From Escherichia phage 2G7b, in the sequence record NC_049954.1: a DNA stretch of 47,142 bases; one strand, written 5' to 3'. Position numbers and translations under genes: made by a program. The notes under the pieces are model-generated. The model searched no databases. It was given only the letters and a program-made list of their open reading frames with translations, and had not been told where the DNA came from. Of this stretch, positions 14,129 through 24,588 are shown piece by piece (position 1 is the first letter of the stretch; each line of letters starts with the position of its first letter).

Positions 14129-14872
14129 ATGACACAGACAGAATCAGCGATTCTGGCGCACGCCCGGCGATGTGCGCCAGCGGAGTCGTGCGGCTTCGTG
14201 GTAAGCACGCCGGAGGGGGAAAGATATTTCCCCTGCGTGAATATCTCCGGTGAGCCGGAGGCGTATTTCCGTATGTCGCCGGAAGACTGGCTGCAGGCAG
14301 AAATGCAGGGTGAGATTATGGCGCTGGTCCACAGCCACCCCGGAGGTCTGCCCTGGCTGAGTGAGGCCGACCGGCGGCTGCAGGTGCAGAGTGATTTGCC
14401 GTGGTGGCTGGTCTGCCGGGGGACGATTCATAAGTTCCGCTGTGTGCCGCATCTCACCGGGCGGCGCTTTGAGCACGGGGTGACGGACTGTTACACGCTG
14501 TTCCGGGATGCTTATCATCTGGCGGGGATTGAGATGCCGGATTTTCATCGCGGGGATGACTGGTGGCGTCACGGTCAGAATCTCTATCTGGATAATCTGG
14601 AGGCCACAGGGCTGTATCAGGTGCCGTTGTCATCAGCACAACCGGGCGATGTGCTGCTGTGCTGTTTTGGTTCATCGGTGCCGAATCATGCCGCCATTTA
14701 CTGTGGTGACAGCGAGCTGCTGCACCATATTCCTGAACAACTGAGCAAACGAGAGAGGTACACCGACAAATGGCAGCGACGCACACACTCCCTCTGGCGT
14801 CACCGGGAATGGCACGCATCTGCCTTTACGGGGATTTGCAACGATTTGGCCGCCGCATCGACCTTCGTGTGA
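14129..14872 (+). CDS. K: tail tip assembly protein K (JAMM/MPN metalloprotease motif plus NlpC/P60-like domain)
   Basis: 247-aa ORF; N-terminal part has E..HSHPGGLPWLSEAD (H-x-H-x7-S-x2-D JAMM motif); C-terminal part has DCYTLFRDAYHLAG (NlpC/P60-type Cys). The classical shorter K annotation would start at the internal MQGEIMALV. Confidence 0.85.
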   Translation: MTQTESAILAHARRCAPAESCGFVVSTPEGERYFPCVNISGEPEAYFRMSPEDWLQAEMQGEIMALVHSHPGGLPWLSEADRRLQVQSDLPWWLVCRGTIHKFRCVPHLTGRRFEHGVTDCYTLFRDAYHLAGIEMPDFHRGDDWWRHGQNLYLDNLEATGLYQVPLSSAQPGDVLLCCFGSSVPNHAAIYCGDSELLHHIPEQLSKRERYTDKWQRRTHSLWRHREWHASAFTGICNDLAAASTFV

Positions 14873-15441
14873 AAACGGGGGCTGAAGCCATCCGCGCACT
14901 TGCCACACAGCTCCCGGCGTTTCGTCAGAAACTGAGCGACGGCTGGTATCAGGTACGGATTGCCGGGCGGGACGTCAGCACGTCCGGGTTAACGGCGCAG
15001 TTACATGAGACTCTGCCTGACGGCGCTGTGATTCATATTGTTCCCAGAGTCGCCGGGGCCAAGTCAGGGGGCGTATTCCAGATTGTTCTGGGGGCTGCCG
15101 CCATTGCCGGATCATTCTTTACTGCCGGAGCCACCCTTGCAGCATGGGGGGCAGCCATTGGGGCCGGTGGTATGACCGGTATCCTGTTTTCTCTCGGTGC
15201 CAGTATGGTGCTCGGTGGTGTGGCGCAGATGTTGGCACCGAAAGCCAGGACGCCCACGGCAGCAAGTACAGATAACGGCAAACAGAACACCTATTTCTCC
15301 TCACTGGATAACATGGTTGCCCAGGGCAATGTTCTGCCCGTTCTGTACGGTGAAATGCGCGTGGGGTCGCGGGTGGTCTCTCAGGAGATCAGCACGGCAG
15401 ACGAAGGGGATGGTGGTCAGGTTGTGGTGATTGGTCGCTGA
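14770..15441 (+). CDS. I: tail tip assembly protein I
   Basis: 223-aa ORF overlapping K 3' end as in lambda; N-terminal ubiquitin-like part and Gly/Ala-rich hydrophobic segment. Confidence 0.9.
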   Translation: MAATHTLPLASPGMARICLYGDLQRFGRRIDLRVKTGAEAIRALATQLPAFRQKLSDGWYQVRIAGRDVSTSGLTAQLHETLPDGAVIHIVPRVAGAKSGGVFQIVLGAAAIAGSFFTAGATLAAWGAAIGAGGMTGILFSLGASMVLGGVAQMLAPKARTPTAASTDNGKQNTYFSSLDNMVAQGNVLPVLYGEMRVGSRVVSQEISTADEGDGGQVVVIGR

Positions 15442-15500
15442 TGAAAAACGTTTATGTGAAACCGCCTCCGGGCGGTTTTGTCGTTTATGGAGCGTGAGGA

Positions 15501-18500
15501 ATGGGTAAAGGCAGCAGTAAGGGGCATACTCCGCGCGAAGCGAAGGACAACCTGAAGTCCACGCAGTTGCTGAGTGTGATCGATGCCATCAGCGAAGGGC
15601 CGATTGAAGGTCCGGTGGATGGATTAAAAAGCGTGCTGCTGAACAGTACGCCAGTGCTGGACAGTGAGGGGAATACCAACATCTCCGGCGTCACGGTGGT
15701 GTTCCGGGCCGGTGAGCAGGAGCAGACACCGCCGGAGGGATTTGAATCCTCCGGCTCCGAGACGGTGCTGGGTACGGAAGTGAAATACGACACGCCGATC
15801 ACCCGGACCATCACGTCGGCAAACATTGACCGACTGCGTTTTACCTTCGGCGTGCAGGCACTGGTGGAAACCACCTCAAAGGGGGACAGGAATCCGTCGG
15901 AAGTCCGCCTGCTGGTTCAGATACAGCGTAATGGTGGCTGGGTGACGGAAAAAGACATCACCATTAAGGGCAAAACCACCTCGCAGTATCTGGCCTCGGT
16001 GGTGGTGGGTAACCTGCCGCCGCGCCCGTTCAGTATCCGGATGCGCAGGATGACGCCGGACAGCACCACAGACCAGCTGCAGAACAAAACGCTCTGGTCG
16101 TCATACACCGAAATCATCGATGTGAAACAGTGCTACCCGAACACGGCACTGGTCGGCGTGCAGGTGGACTCGGAGCAGTTCGGCAGCCAGCAGGTGAGCC
16201 GTAATTATCATCTGCGCGGGCGTATTCTGCAGGTGCCGTCGAACTATAACCCGCAGACGCGGCAATACAGCGGTATCTGGGACGGAACGTTTAAGCCAGC
16301 ATACAGCAACAACATGGCCTGGTGTCTGTGGGATATGCTGACCCATCCGCGCTACGGCATGGGGAAACGTCTTGGTGCGGCGGATGTGGACAAATGGGCG
16401 CTGTATGTCATCGGCCAGCATTGCGATCAGTCGGTGCCGGACGGTTTTGGCGGCACGGAGCCGCGCATCACCTGTAATGCGTACCTGACCACACAGCGCA
16501 AGGCGTGGGATGTGCTCAGTGATTTCTGCTCGGCGATGCGCTGTATGCCGGTATGGAACGGGCAGACGCTGACGTTCGTGCAGGACCGACCGTCGGATAA
16601 GGTGTGGACCTATAACCGCAGTAATGTGGTGATGCCGGATGATGGTGCGCCGTTCCGCTACAGCTTCAGCGCCCTGAAGGACCGCCATAATGCCGTTGAG
16701 GTGAACTGGATTGACCCGAATAACGGCTGGGAGACGGCGACAGAGCTTGTGGAGGACACGCAGGCCATTGCCCGTTACGGTCGTAGCGTCACGAAGATGG
16801 ATGCTTTTGGCTGTACCAGCCGGGGGCAGGCACATCGCGCCGGGCTGTGGCTGATTAAAACAGAACTGCTGGAAACGCAGACCGTGGACTTCAGCGTGGG
16901 TGCCGAAGGGCTTCGCCATGTACCGGGCGATGTCATTGAAATCTGCGATGATGACTATGCCGGTATCAGCACCGGCGGGCGCGTGCTGGCGGTAAACAGC
17001 CAGACCCGGACGCTGACGCTCGACCGTGAAATCACGCTGCCATCTTCCGGCACCACGCTGATAAGCCTGGTTGACGGGCAGGGGAGTCCGGTCAGCGTGG
17101 AGGTTCAGTCCGTCACCGACGGCGTGAAGGTAAAAGTGAGCCGTGTTCCTGACGGCGTTGCCGAGTACAGCGTGTGGGGGCTGAAGCTGCCGACGCTGCG
17201 CCAGCGCCTGTTCCGCTGTGTGAGTATCCGTGAGAACGATGACGGTACGTATGCCATCACTGCCGTGCAGCATGTACCGGAGAAAGAAGCCATCGTGGAT
17301 AACGGGGCGCACTTTGACGGTGACCAGAGCGGCACGGTGAATGGTGTCACGCCGCCAGCAGTGCAGCATCTGACCGCAGAAGTCACTGCAGACAGCGGGG
17401 AATACCAGGTGCTGGCGCGCTGGGATACGCCGAAGGTGGTGAAGGGGGTGAGCTTTATGCTTCGCCTGACCGTGGCAGCGGATGACGGCAGTGAGCGGCT
17501 GGTCAGCACGGCCCGGACGACGGAAACCACTTACCGCTTCACGCAACTGGCGCTGGGAAACTACAGGCTGACAGTCCGGGCGGCAAATGCCTGGGGGCAG
17601 CAGGGCGATCCGGCGTCGGTATCGTTCCGGATTGCCGCACCGGCAGCGCCATCTCGGATTGAGCTGACGCCGGGCTATTTTCAGATAACCGCCACGCCGC
17701 ATCTTGCCGTTTATGATCCGACGGTACAGTTTGAGTTCTGGTTCTCGGAAAAGCGGATTACCGATATCAGGCAGGTTGAAACCACAGCCCGCTATCTTGG
17801 CACGGCGCTGTACTGGATAGCTGCCAGTATCAATATTAAGCCGGGCCATGATTATTATTTTTACGTTCGCAGTGTGAACACCGTTGGCAAATCGGCATTC
17901 GTGGAGGCCGTCGGTCGGGCGAGCGATGATGCGGAAGGTTACCTGGATTTTTTCAAAGGCAAGATAACCGAATCCCATCTCGGCAAGGAGCTGCTGGAAA
18001 AAGTCGAGCTGACGGAGGATAACGCCAGCAGACTGGAGGAGTTTTCGAAAGAGTGGAAGGACGCCAACGATAAGTGGAATGCCATGTGGGCTGTCAAAAT
18101 TGAGCAGACCAAAGACGGCAAACATTATGTCGCGGGGCTTGGCCTCAGCATGGAGGACACGGAGGAAGGCAAACTGAGCCAGTTCCTGGTTGCCGCTAAC
18201 CGTATCGCATTTATTGACCCGGCAAACGGGAATGAAACGCCGATGTTTGTGGCGCAGGGCAATCAGATATTCATGAACGAAGTGTTCCTGAAATATCTGA
18301 CGGCTCCCACCATTACCAGCGGCGGTAATCCTCCGGCATTTTCCCTGACACCGGACGGGCGGCTGACGGCGAAAAATGCCGATATCAGCGGTAACGTGAA
18401 TGCGAACTCCGGGACGCTCAACAACGTCACGATTAACGAGAACTGCCGGGTTCTGGGAAAACTGTCCGCGAACCAGATTGAAGGCGATCTCGTTAAAACA

Positions 18501-18896
18501 GTGGGCAAAGCTTTCCCCCGTGACTCCCGAGCACCGGAGCGGTGGCCATCAGGGACCATTACCGTCAGGGTTTATGACGATCAGCCGTTTGACCGGCAAA
18601 TTGTTATTCCGGCGGTGGCATTCAGTGGCGCTAAGCATGAGAGAGAGCATACTGATATTTACTCCTCATGCCGTCTGATAGTGCGGAAAAACGGTGCTGA
18701 AATTTATAACCGTACCGCGCTGGATAATACGCTGATTTACAGTGGCGTTATTGATATGCCTGCCGGTCACGGTCACATGACACTGGAGTTTTCGGTGTCA
18801 GCATGGCTGGTAAATGGCTGGTATCCCACAGCAAGTATCAGCGATTTGCTGGTTGTTGTGATGAAGAAAGCCACTGCAGGCATCACGATTAGCTGA
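15501..18896 (+). CDS. J: central tail fibre / host specificity protein J
   Basis: 1131-aa ORF in lambda gene order; recognised gpJ sequence. Confidence 0.95.
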   Translation: MGKGSSKGHTPREAKDNLKSTQLLSVIDAISEGPIEGPVDGLKSVLLNSTPVLDSEGNTNISGVTVVFRAGEQEQTPPEGFESSGSETVLGTEVKYDTPITRTITSANIDRLRFTFGVQALVETTSKGDRNPSEVRLLVQIQRNGGWVTEKDITIKGKTTSQYLASVVVGNLPPRPFSIRMRRMTPDSTTDQLQNKTLWSSYTEIIDVKQCYPNTALVGVQVDSEQFGSQQVSRNYHLRGRILQVPSNYNPQTRQYSGIWDGTFKPAYSNNMAWCLWDMLTHPRYGMGKRLGAADVDKWALYVIGQHCDQSVPDGFGGTEPRITCNAYLTTQRKAWDVLSDFCSAMRCMPVWNGQTLTFVQDRPSDKVWTYNRSNVVMPDDGAPFRYSFSALKDRHNAVEVNWIDPNNGWETATELVEDTQAIARYGRSVTKMDAFGCTSRGQAHRAGLWLIKTELLETQTVDFSVGAEGLRHVPGDVIEICDDDYAGISTGGRVLAVNSQTRTLTLDREITLPSSGTTLISLVDGQGSPVSVEVQSVTDGVKVKVSRVPDGVAEYSVWGLKLPTLRQRLFRCVSIRENDDGTYAITAVQHVPEKEAIVDNGAHFDGDQSGTVNGVTPPAVQHLTAEVTADSGEYQVLARWDTPKVVKGVSFMLRLTVAADDGSERLVSTARTTETTYRFTQLALGNYRLTVRAANAWGQQGDPASVSFRIAAPAAPSRIELTPGYFQITATPHLAVYDPTVQFEFWFSEKRITDIRQVETTARYLGTALYWIAASINIKPGHDYYFYVRSVNTVGKSAFVEAVGRASDDAEGYLDFFKGKITESHLGKELLEKVELTEDNASRLEEFSKEWKDANDKWNAMWAVKIEQTKDGKHYVAGLGLSMEDTEEGKLSQFLVAANRIAFIDPANGNETPMFVAQGNQIFMNEVFLKYLTAPTITSGGNPPAFSLTPDGRLTAKNADISGNVNANSGTLNNVTINENCRVLGKLSANQIEGDLVKTVGKAFPRDSRAPERWPSGTITVRVYDDQPFDRQIVIPAVAFSGAKHEREHTDIYSSCRLIVRKNGAEIYNRTALDNTLIYSGVIDMPAGHGHMTLEFSVSAWLVNGWYPTASISDLLVVVMKKATAGITIS

Positions 18897-18914
18897 ATTT
18901 TATAACCCAGATAC

Positions 18915-18939
18915 GGGCACCAGAAATGGTGCCTTTTTT
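18915..18939 (+). terminator. hairpin GGCACC-agaaat-GGTGCC followed by TTTTTTA after J
   Basis: Directly seen inverted repeat plus T-run. Confidence 0.5.
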
Positions 18940-18963
18940 ATTGCAGAAAAGCGAGAGGTAATT

Positions 18964-19563
18964 ATGCGTAAATTATGTGCTGTTATTCTGTCCGCAGTAG
19001 TCTGGCTGGTTGCCGCTGGTACGCCAGCGAGCGCAGCAGAGCATCAGTCCACACTAAGCGCCGGGTATCTTCAGACCCATACTGATATGCCAGGCAGTGA
19101 TGACCTGAAGGGCATTAACGTGAAATACCGTTATGAATTTACGGACACGCTGGGGCTGGTGACGTCATTCAGTTATGCCAATGCCAAAGATGAGCAAAGA
19201 ACGCATTACAGCGATACCCGCTGGCATGAAGATTCAGTGCGTAACCGCTGGTTCAGCATGATGGCGGGGCCATCTGTACGCGTGAATGAATGGTTCAGTG
19301 CTTATGCGATGGCAGGTGTGGCTTACAGCCGTGTTTCGACGTTCTCCGGGGATTATCTCCGCGTAACTGACAACAAGGGGAAAACGCACGATGTGCTGAC
19401 CGGAAGTGATGACGATCGCCACAGCAACACGTCTCTGGCGTGGGGAGCTGGCGTGCAGTTTAACCCGACCGAATCCGTGGCCATTGATATTGCTTATGAA
19501 GGCTCCGGCAGTGGCGACTGGCGCACTGACGGTTTCATCGTGGGTGTCGGTTATAAGTTCTGA
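18964..19563 (+). CDS. lom: Lom-like outer membrane protein (Ail/Lom/PagC family)
   Basis: 199-aa ORF with signal peptide MRKLCAVILSAVVWLVAAGTPASA and C-terminus ..AIDIAYEGSGSGDWRTDGFIVGVGYKF as in lambda Lom; N-terminal two thirds diverged. Confidence 0.85.
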   Translation: MRKLCAVILSAVVWLVAAGTPASAAEHQSTLSAGYLQTHTDMPGSDDLKGINVKYRYEFTDTLGLVTSFSYANAKDEQRTHYSDTRWHEDSVRNRWFSMMAGPSVRVNEWFSAYAMAGVAYSRVSTFSGDYLRVTDNKGKTHDVLTGSDDDRHSNTSLAWGAGVQFNPTESVAIDIAYEGSGSGDWRTDGFIVGVGYKF

Positions 19564-19590
19564 TTAGCCAGGTAACACAGTGTTATGACA

Positions 19591-19616
19591 GCCCGCCGGT
19601 TCAGGCGGGCTTTTTT
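19591..19616 (+). terminator. rho-independent terminator after lom (GCCCGCC-ggttca-GGCGGGC + T6)
   Basis: Strong GC hairpin followed by TTTTTT. Confidence 0.75.
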
Positions 19617-19627
19617 GTGGAGTGGAT

Positions 19628-22003
19628 ATGGCAGCAGTAAAAATCTCAGGTGTGCTGAAAGATGGTGCGGGAAAACCAATACAGAACTGCACTATTCAAC
19701 TGAAGGCAAAGCGTAACAGCACCACGGTACTGGTGAACACGGTGGCTTCTGAAAATCCGGATGAAGCCGGACGTTACAGCATGGATGTTGAGTATGGCCA
19801 GTACAGCGTCACCCTGCTGGTTGAAGGTTTTCCGCCTTCACATGCCGGGACCATTACCGTCTATGAAGGCTCCAGACCAGGTACGCTGAATGATTTTCTC
19901 GGTGCCATGACGGAAGATGATGTCATGCCGGAGGCATTGCGTCGTTTTGAGGAAATGGTGGAAGAAGCGGCACGCAACGCTGAAGCCGCCTCTCAGAGCG
20001 CAGCGGCGGCAAAGAAATCCGAAACTGCAGCGGCATCATCGAAGAACGCGGCGAAAACCTCAGAAACGAATGCAGCTAATAGTGCACAGGCGGCAGCGAC
20101 CTCAAAGACTGCATCGGCAAACTCCGCGACAGCAGCCAAAAAATCAGAAACCAACGCGAAAAATAGCGAGACAGCCGCAAAGACGAGCGAAACCAACGCA
20201 AAGTCCAGCCAGACGGCAGCGAAAACCAGCGAAACGAATGCCAAAGCCAGTGAAACTGCGGCAAAAAACAGCCAGGTTGCAGCAGCCCAAATCGAGAGCG
20301 CGGCAGCCGGTTCTGCGACTTCAGCAGCTGGATCAGCAACTGCTGCGGCTAACAGCCAGAAAGCTGCGAAGACGAGTGAAACTAACGCAAAGTTCAGCCA
20401 GACGGCAGCGAAGACCAGCGAAACGAATGCCAAAGCCAGCGAAACTGCGGCGAAAAACAGTCAGGATGCAGCAGCCCAAAGCGAGAGTGCTGCAGCTGGT
20501 TCTGCAAGCGCGGCGGCTGCTTCTGCCACTGCATCAGCCAACAGTCAAAAAGCAGCAAAAACCAGTGAAACCAATGCAAAGACAAGCGAGACTGCAGCGG
20601 CGAACTCGGCGAAAGCATCGGCAGCAAGCCAGACAGCAGCTAAAGCAAGTGAAGACGCAGCCAGAGAGTATGCAAGTCAGGCAGCAGAGCCGTATAAATA
20701 TGTCTTACAGCCGCTGCCTGATGTGTGGATACCATTTAACGATTCGCTGGATATGATTACGGGCTTTTCGCCATCATATAAAAAAATTGTTATTGGTGAC
20801 GATGAAATAACGATGCCTGGCGACAAGATTGTTAAGTTTAAACGTGCATCGAAAGCAACCTATATTAACAAATCTGGTGTGCTGACAGAGGCTGCCATTG
20901 ACGAGCCACGATTTGAACGTGATGGCCTGCTTATTGAGGGGCAAAGAACAAACTACATGCTCAATTCGGAAAGCCCTGCAAGTTGGGGGCGATCATCAAA
21001 TATGGATGTGCCCGAAACAGGGACGGATAATTTTGGTTTTACCTATGGAAAGTTTGTCTGCAACGATTCTCTGATTGGGCAAACCTCAGCCATTAATATG
21101 GCATCAATTGCTGCAACAAAGTCAGTTGATGTCTCAGGCGATAATAAACACGTGACAACCTCATGTCGTTTTAAAACAGAACTGCAGGTAAGGTTGCGTA
21201 TCCGGTTTGATAAATATGACGGTAGCACAACAACTTTTCTTGGTGATGCGTATATTGATACACAAACGCTTGAAATTAATATGACAGGCGGTGCTGCCTC
21301 AAGAATTACAGCGAGAGTCAGAAAGGACGAAGCTACCGGATGGATTTTTGCAGAGGCAACAATTCAGGCAATTGATGGGGAGTTAAAAATAGGCTCTCAG
21401 ATACAGTATTCTCCTAAGCAGAGCGGGGCAACCGTATCTGGTGACTATATTTATCTGGCCACCCCACAAGTAGAAGATGGGCCTTGTGTATCATCTTTTA
21501 TTATATCAGGAGCGACGGCGGCGACCCGCGCAAGCGATATAGTTACAGTTCCAATTAAGAATAATCTTTATAATCTTCCTTTTACGGTTCTTTGTGAGGT
21601 ACATAAGAACTGGTATAAAACGCCAAATGCAGCGCCACGTGTTTTTGATACCGGCGGTCATCAAACCGGAGCGGCTATTATTCTTGGCTTCGGTCGTTCA
21701 ACAGATTACGACGGATTTCCTTATTGCGATATTGGAGGAGCTAACAGACGGGTAAACGAAAACGCATCGCTTGAAAAAATGGTTATGGGGATGCGTGTAA
21801 AGTCAGAGCAGTCTACGTGCTCAGTAAGTAACGGGCATATATCCAGCGAAACAAAAACCACATGGTCCTGTATTCAGAACACCGCAATTATCCGTATTGG
21901 AGGCCAGACTACAGCCGGGTTACGTCATTTATTTGGTCATGTCAGGAATTTTAGAATATGGCACAAGGCATTGACTGATGCTCAGGTGGGGGAGTCAATC
22001 TAA
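19628..22003 (+). CDS. stf: side tail fibre protein, mosaic: lambda Stf-like N-terminal half with repeat region, non-lambda C-terminal domain
   Basis: N-terminus MAAVKISGVLKDGAGKPIQNCTIQLKAKRNST.. and KTSETNAK/SETAAK repeats match lambda Stf; C-terminal ~400 aa (..YKYVLQPLPDVWIPFNDSLDMITGF.. to ..RNFRIWHKALTDAQVGESI) does not. Confidence 0.8.
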   Translation: MAAVKISGVLKDGAGKPIQNCTIQLKAKRNSTTVLVNTVASENPDEAGRYSMDVEYGQYSVTLLVEGFPPSHAGTITVYEGSRPGTLNDFLGAMTEDDVMPEALRRFEEMVEEAARNAEAASQSAAAAKKSETAAASSKNAAKTSETNAANSAQAAATSKTASANSATAAKKSETNAKNSETAAKTSETNAKSSQTAAKTSETNAKASETAAKNSQVAAAQIESAAAGSATSAAGSATAAANSQKAAKTSETNAKFSQTAAKTSETNAKASETAAKNSQDAAAQSESAAAGSASAAAASATASANSQKAAKTSETNAKTSETAAANSAKASAASQTAAKASEDAAREYASQAAEPYKYVLQPLPDVWIPFNDSLDMITGFSPSYKKIVIGDDEITMPGDKIVKFKRASKATYINKSGVLTEAAIDEPRFERDGLLIEGQRTNYMLNSESPASWGRSSNMDVPETGTDNFGFTYGKFVCNDSLIGQTSAINMASIAATKSVDVSGDNKHVTTSCRFKTELQVRLRIRFDKYDGSTTTFLGDAYIDTQTLEINMTGGAASRITARVRKDEATGWIFAEATIQAIDGELKIGSQIQYSPKQSGATVSGDYIYLATPQVEDGPCVSSFIISGATAATRASDIVTVPIKNNLYNLPFTVLCEVHKNWYKTPNAAPRVFDTGGHQTGAAIILGFGRSTDYDGFPYCDIGGANRRVNENASLEKMVMGMRVKSEQSTCSVSNGHISSETKTTWSCIQNTAIIRIGGQTTAGLRHLFGHVRNFRIWHKALTDAQVGESI

Positions 22004-22284
22004 TGAAAGATTTAACACTCAAATTTGCCGACAGGGCCGACTTTTCGGCCTTTATGGAGAGTATTGGCTATTATGATGACGAGTCGATGCAGGATGATAT
22101 TCTTATTGACGTGATAGGTAACGCGTACAAAGAAACCGGAGAACTGACTGAAGATGGCGAACCGGTATGTGTTAAGGAAGACGGATATTTTGTAAACGTG
22201 CGCATCATTAATGATTCGCAAATATCGTCATTATTCGATGAATACGTGGTTGCTGTTGAGCATCAACTTCGTGGCTGGATGTGA
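22003..22284 (+). CDS. hypothetical acidic 93-aa protein, start overlaps stf stop
   Basis: ORF MKDLTLKFADRADFSAFMESIGYYDDESMQDD..; ATGA overlap with stf suggests translational coupling; no family recognised. Confidence 0.5.
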   Translation: MKDLTLKFADRADFSAFMESIGYYDDESMQDDILIDVIGNAYKETGELTEDGEPVCVKEDGYFVNVRIINDSQISSLFDEYVVAVEHQLRGWM

Positions 22285-22293
22285 GGAAGAAAA

Positions 22294-23331
22294 ATGGCTA
22301 CATCGACAGTAATTCCTGATGACATCAAAACGCTAAAATCCGACGTTAGCAAATTAAAAAACGATCAAGGAAGCTACGCAACAAAATTATATGTAGACAG
22401 CAAAGATGAAATCGTTGGTGACTGGTCTGCTTCATGGTATCAGCAGGTATTGCCAACTAGCGGAGCTATATTTGGGAGAAAACTCCGCTCAACTCACAGG
22501 ACGGCAGGTGTTGAGGATGCGTATTGCGAACTATACCTCAAAAAATGGATAGACAGTCCAGGTAACGCAATGGCGCGCCTTAACCTGAACGATAACGGGA
22601 CAAACATTTGCTGGGACTCTACCAACCTTTATGGCGGTACGATGATTTTTCCCGGTGACAGCGGATACCTCAAAATGGGTAACTGCCTTATGTCATACAG
22701 CAAGCGTGGAAGTAACGCGCTTATTAAATTTGATTACACCGACACATTACAGATCAAATATGCCAATCATGGGTCAACCATGACATTAAACACACAGGGA
22801 ACCGCTTATGCTGGTGTTACTGCTCAATTGTGGGGCAACTCCAGCCGTCCTGTTGTTTATGAAGTCGGTGTTGATGGTGGCGCTTATATGTTCTATGCGC
22901 AGAAAAATACCGATAACACCTATATGTTAAGCGTTAATGGTGCATGTCATGCCACCACATTTAACCAGCATTCCGACCGGGATCTGAAAGACAACATTCA
23001 GGTGATCGATAATGCAACCGACCGCATCCGTAAAATGAACGGCTATACATACACGCTTAAAGAAAACGGTATCCCCTATGCTGGTGTCATTGCACAGGAA
23101 GCTCTGGAAGCAATCCCAGAAGTTGTAGGTTCCGCAATGAAATATCAGGACGGTGCAAGCGGATCGGAAGGTGAAGAAGGTGAACGTTATTACACAGTAG
23201 ATTATTCTGGTGTTACTGGCTTGCTTGTTCAGGTAGCCAGAGAGTCAGACGACAGGATAACAGCACTGGAAGAAGAAAACGCAGAATTAAGACAAAGATT
23301 ATCTGCAATTGAGGCGGCGCTTGCGTCTTAA
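22294..23331 (+). CDS. tail-fibre-tip-like protein with C-terminal intramolecular-chaperone (peptidase S74-like) domain
   Basis: 345-aa ORF; C-terminal ~110 aa (..HSDRDLKDNIQVIDNATDRIRKMNGYTYTLKENGIPYAGVIAQEALEAIPEVV..coiled-coil ALEEENAELRQRLSAIEAALAS) resembles the autocleaving chaperone domain of endosialidase/L-shaped tail fibres. Confidence 0.6.
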   Translation: MATSTVIPDDIKTLKSDVSKLKNDQGSYATKLYVDSKDEIVGDWSASWYQQVLPTSGAIFGRKLRSTHRTAGVEDAYCELYLKKWIDSPGNAMARLNLNDNGTNICWDSTNLYGGTMIFPGDSGYLKMGNCLMSYSKRGSNALIKFDYTDTLQIKYANHGSTMTLNTQGTAYAGVTAQLWGNSSRPVVYEVGVDGGAYMFYAQKNTDNTYMLSVNGACHATTFNQHSDRDLKDNIQVIDNATDRIRKMNGYTYTLKENGIPYAGVIAQEALEAIPEVVGSAMKYQDGASGSEGEEGERYYTVDYSGVTGLLVQVARESDDRITALEEENAELRQRLSAIEAALAS

Positions 23332-23361
23332 TAATATTAAGGGGTCGAGCGCCCCGTTTTA

Positions 23362-23670
23362 TTGGGTAGGATGAAAATGGATATAACACCTTTCCTTCAT
23401 GCGCTTTGTGCTGTGGCTGCGCAGCTACTGATTGGTCTTTTTACCGGGAACTGGGCTTACGGGGCGATAGCCGGTTGTACGTTCTTCATTGCGCGTGAAC
23501 ACACCCAGGCAGAATATCGCTGGATTGAAATGTTCGGGCATGGCAAGCGAATGAATATGCCGTGGTGGGGCGGTTTTGATCCGCGCGCGTGGGATGTAGC
23601 AAGTCTGATGGATTTTGCTGTGCCGGTGGTGGCGTGTCTGCTGGTCTGGCTGTTGGTTAATCGTGGGTGA
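23362..23670 (+). CDS. hypothetical small membrane protein (two hydrophobic segments)
   Basis: 102-aa ORF with hydrophobic stretches LHALCAVAAQLLIGLFTG and FAVPVVACLLVWLLV; no family recognised. Confidence 0.45.
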   Translation: MGRMKMDITPFLHALCAVAAQLLIGLFTGNWAYGAIAGCTFFIAREHTQAEYRWIEMFGHGKRMNMPWWGGFDPRAWDVASLMDFAVPVVACLLVWLLVNRG

Positions 23671-23680
23671 AAAAAGGTGA

Positions 23681-23809
23681 GCTGTATATGCAACGGAGGA
23701 AGAAACCTCGTTGCTGGAAGCCTGGAAGAAGTATCGGGTGTTGCTGAACCGTGTTGATACATCAACTGCACCTGATATTGAGTGGCCTACGAACCCTGTC
23801 AGGGAGTAA
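23681..23809 (+). pseudogene. tail fibre assembly (tfa) C-terminal remnant, copy 1
   Basis: 42 codons ..[39 protein letters not shown], the conserved Tfa C-terminus; preceded by an in-frame stop so no N-terminal part. Confidence 0.75.
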
Positions 23810-23863
23810 TCATTGGGATTATGCCGCAGCACGTCTTAAGCAAGAACGTGCTGCGGTTGGATG

Positions 23864-24532
23864 CTATTTTTTCCCTGAAGCGGAAAACATTACTACAGTA
23901 CCTTGAACCTTGGTTTTAACATTCTCGAAATGCTCTGAGAGTATATGTGTTAAGCCTTCTTCGGAATCTTTTGTGTTTGAAAAGATGCCTTTCTGATTGT
24001 AAATGCGCATCAGTTTTTGACCGAAGCTATTGTGCACAACTCCATCGCCAAGAATTGTGGCTCCGTATAGAGTTCCATCGTCAGTTAAGGCCTGCGCCGC
24101 ATTGCGTATTACACAGCTTTTTGTAGATATATTTCCAGGCAGGCAGTGAAGAAGGTAAAACATGGAAATGGAATCAAATTGACCATGTAACGCTGCGGGA
24201 TAAGGTTCAAAAACATCATGGCTAATTTTATGTTTAATTTTTGATTCCCCAGCCCTTGTAGATGCCGCGTTCAGGCTAGCTTCGTTCAAATCCATTAAAG
24301 ATATCAGACTACTCTCAGGTACGTGAGTAAGGTAAAACCCAGTTCCAACACCAATATCCAGATGGTTGTTACCTAAATGTTCCAGAAAGTGTGGAAGAAG
24401 GTGTTCCTTTGTAGGACATCCCCATGCAAGCCGATTTGATACTCCCAAAACCCACCAGTCATAAAGCTTTAGGGTAAGTGGTGTGTAAATTTTAGCCCCA
24501 TCATCTGTGTTTTTTTTCATTAATTTCACCAT
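23864..24532 (-). CDS. ybcY: class I SAM-dependent methyltransferase (DLP12 ybcY-like)
   Basis: 222-aa ORF with motif I HLDIGVGTGFY; flanked by tfa remnants as ybcY is between tfaD and tfaX in K-12 DLP12 (from memory). Confidence 0.65.
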   Translation of the reverse strand: MVKLMKKNTDDGAKIYTPLTLKLYDWWVLGVSNRLAWGCPTKEHLLPHFLEHLGNNHLDIGVGTGFYLTHVPESSLISLMDLNEASLNAASTRAGESKIKHKISHDVFEPYPAALHGQFDSISMFYLLHCLPGNISTKSCVIRNAAQALTDDGTLYGATILGDGVVHNSFGQKLMRIYNQKGIFSNTKDSEEGLTHILSEHFENVKTKVQGTVVMFSASGKK

Positions 24533-24588
24533 GTTATAGTTTTATTTGTGAATTAAATCAATTATGGCGATGAATTACAAGGGGTTAA

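Noticed and set aside
16101-18125. 674-aa minus-strand ORF antisense to J
   Set aside because: Entirely within the recognised J coding sequence on the opposite strand; Arg/His-rich low-complexity translation typical of antisense frames in GC-rich genes.
19917-20756. 279-aa arginine-rich ORF on the plus strand inside stf
   Set aside because: Alternate frame of the stf collagen-like repeat region (GC/Ala-codon-rich repeats give long open frames in other frames); stf is intact in its own frame, so this is not an independent gene.
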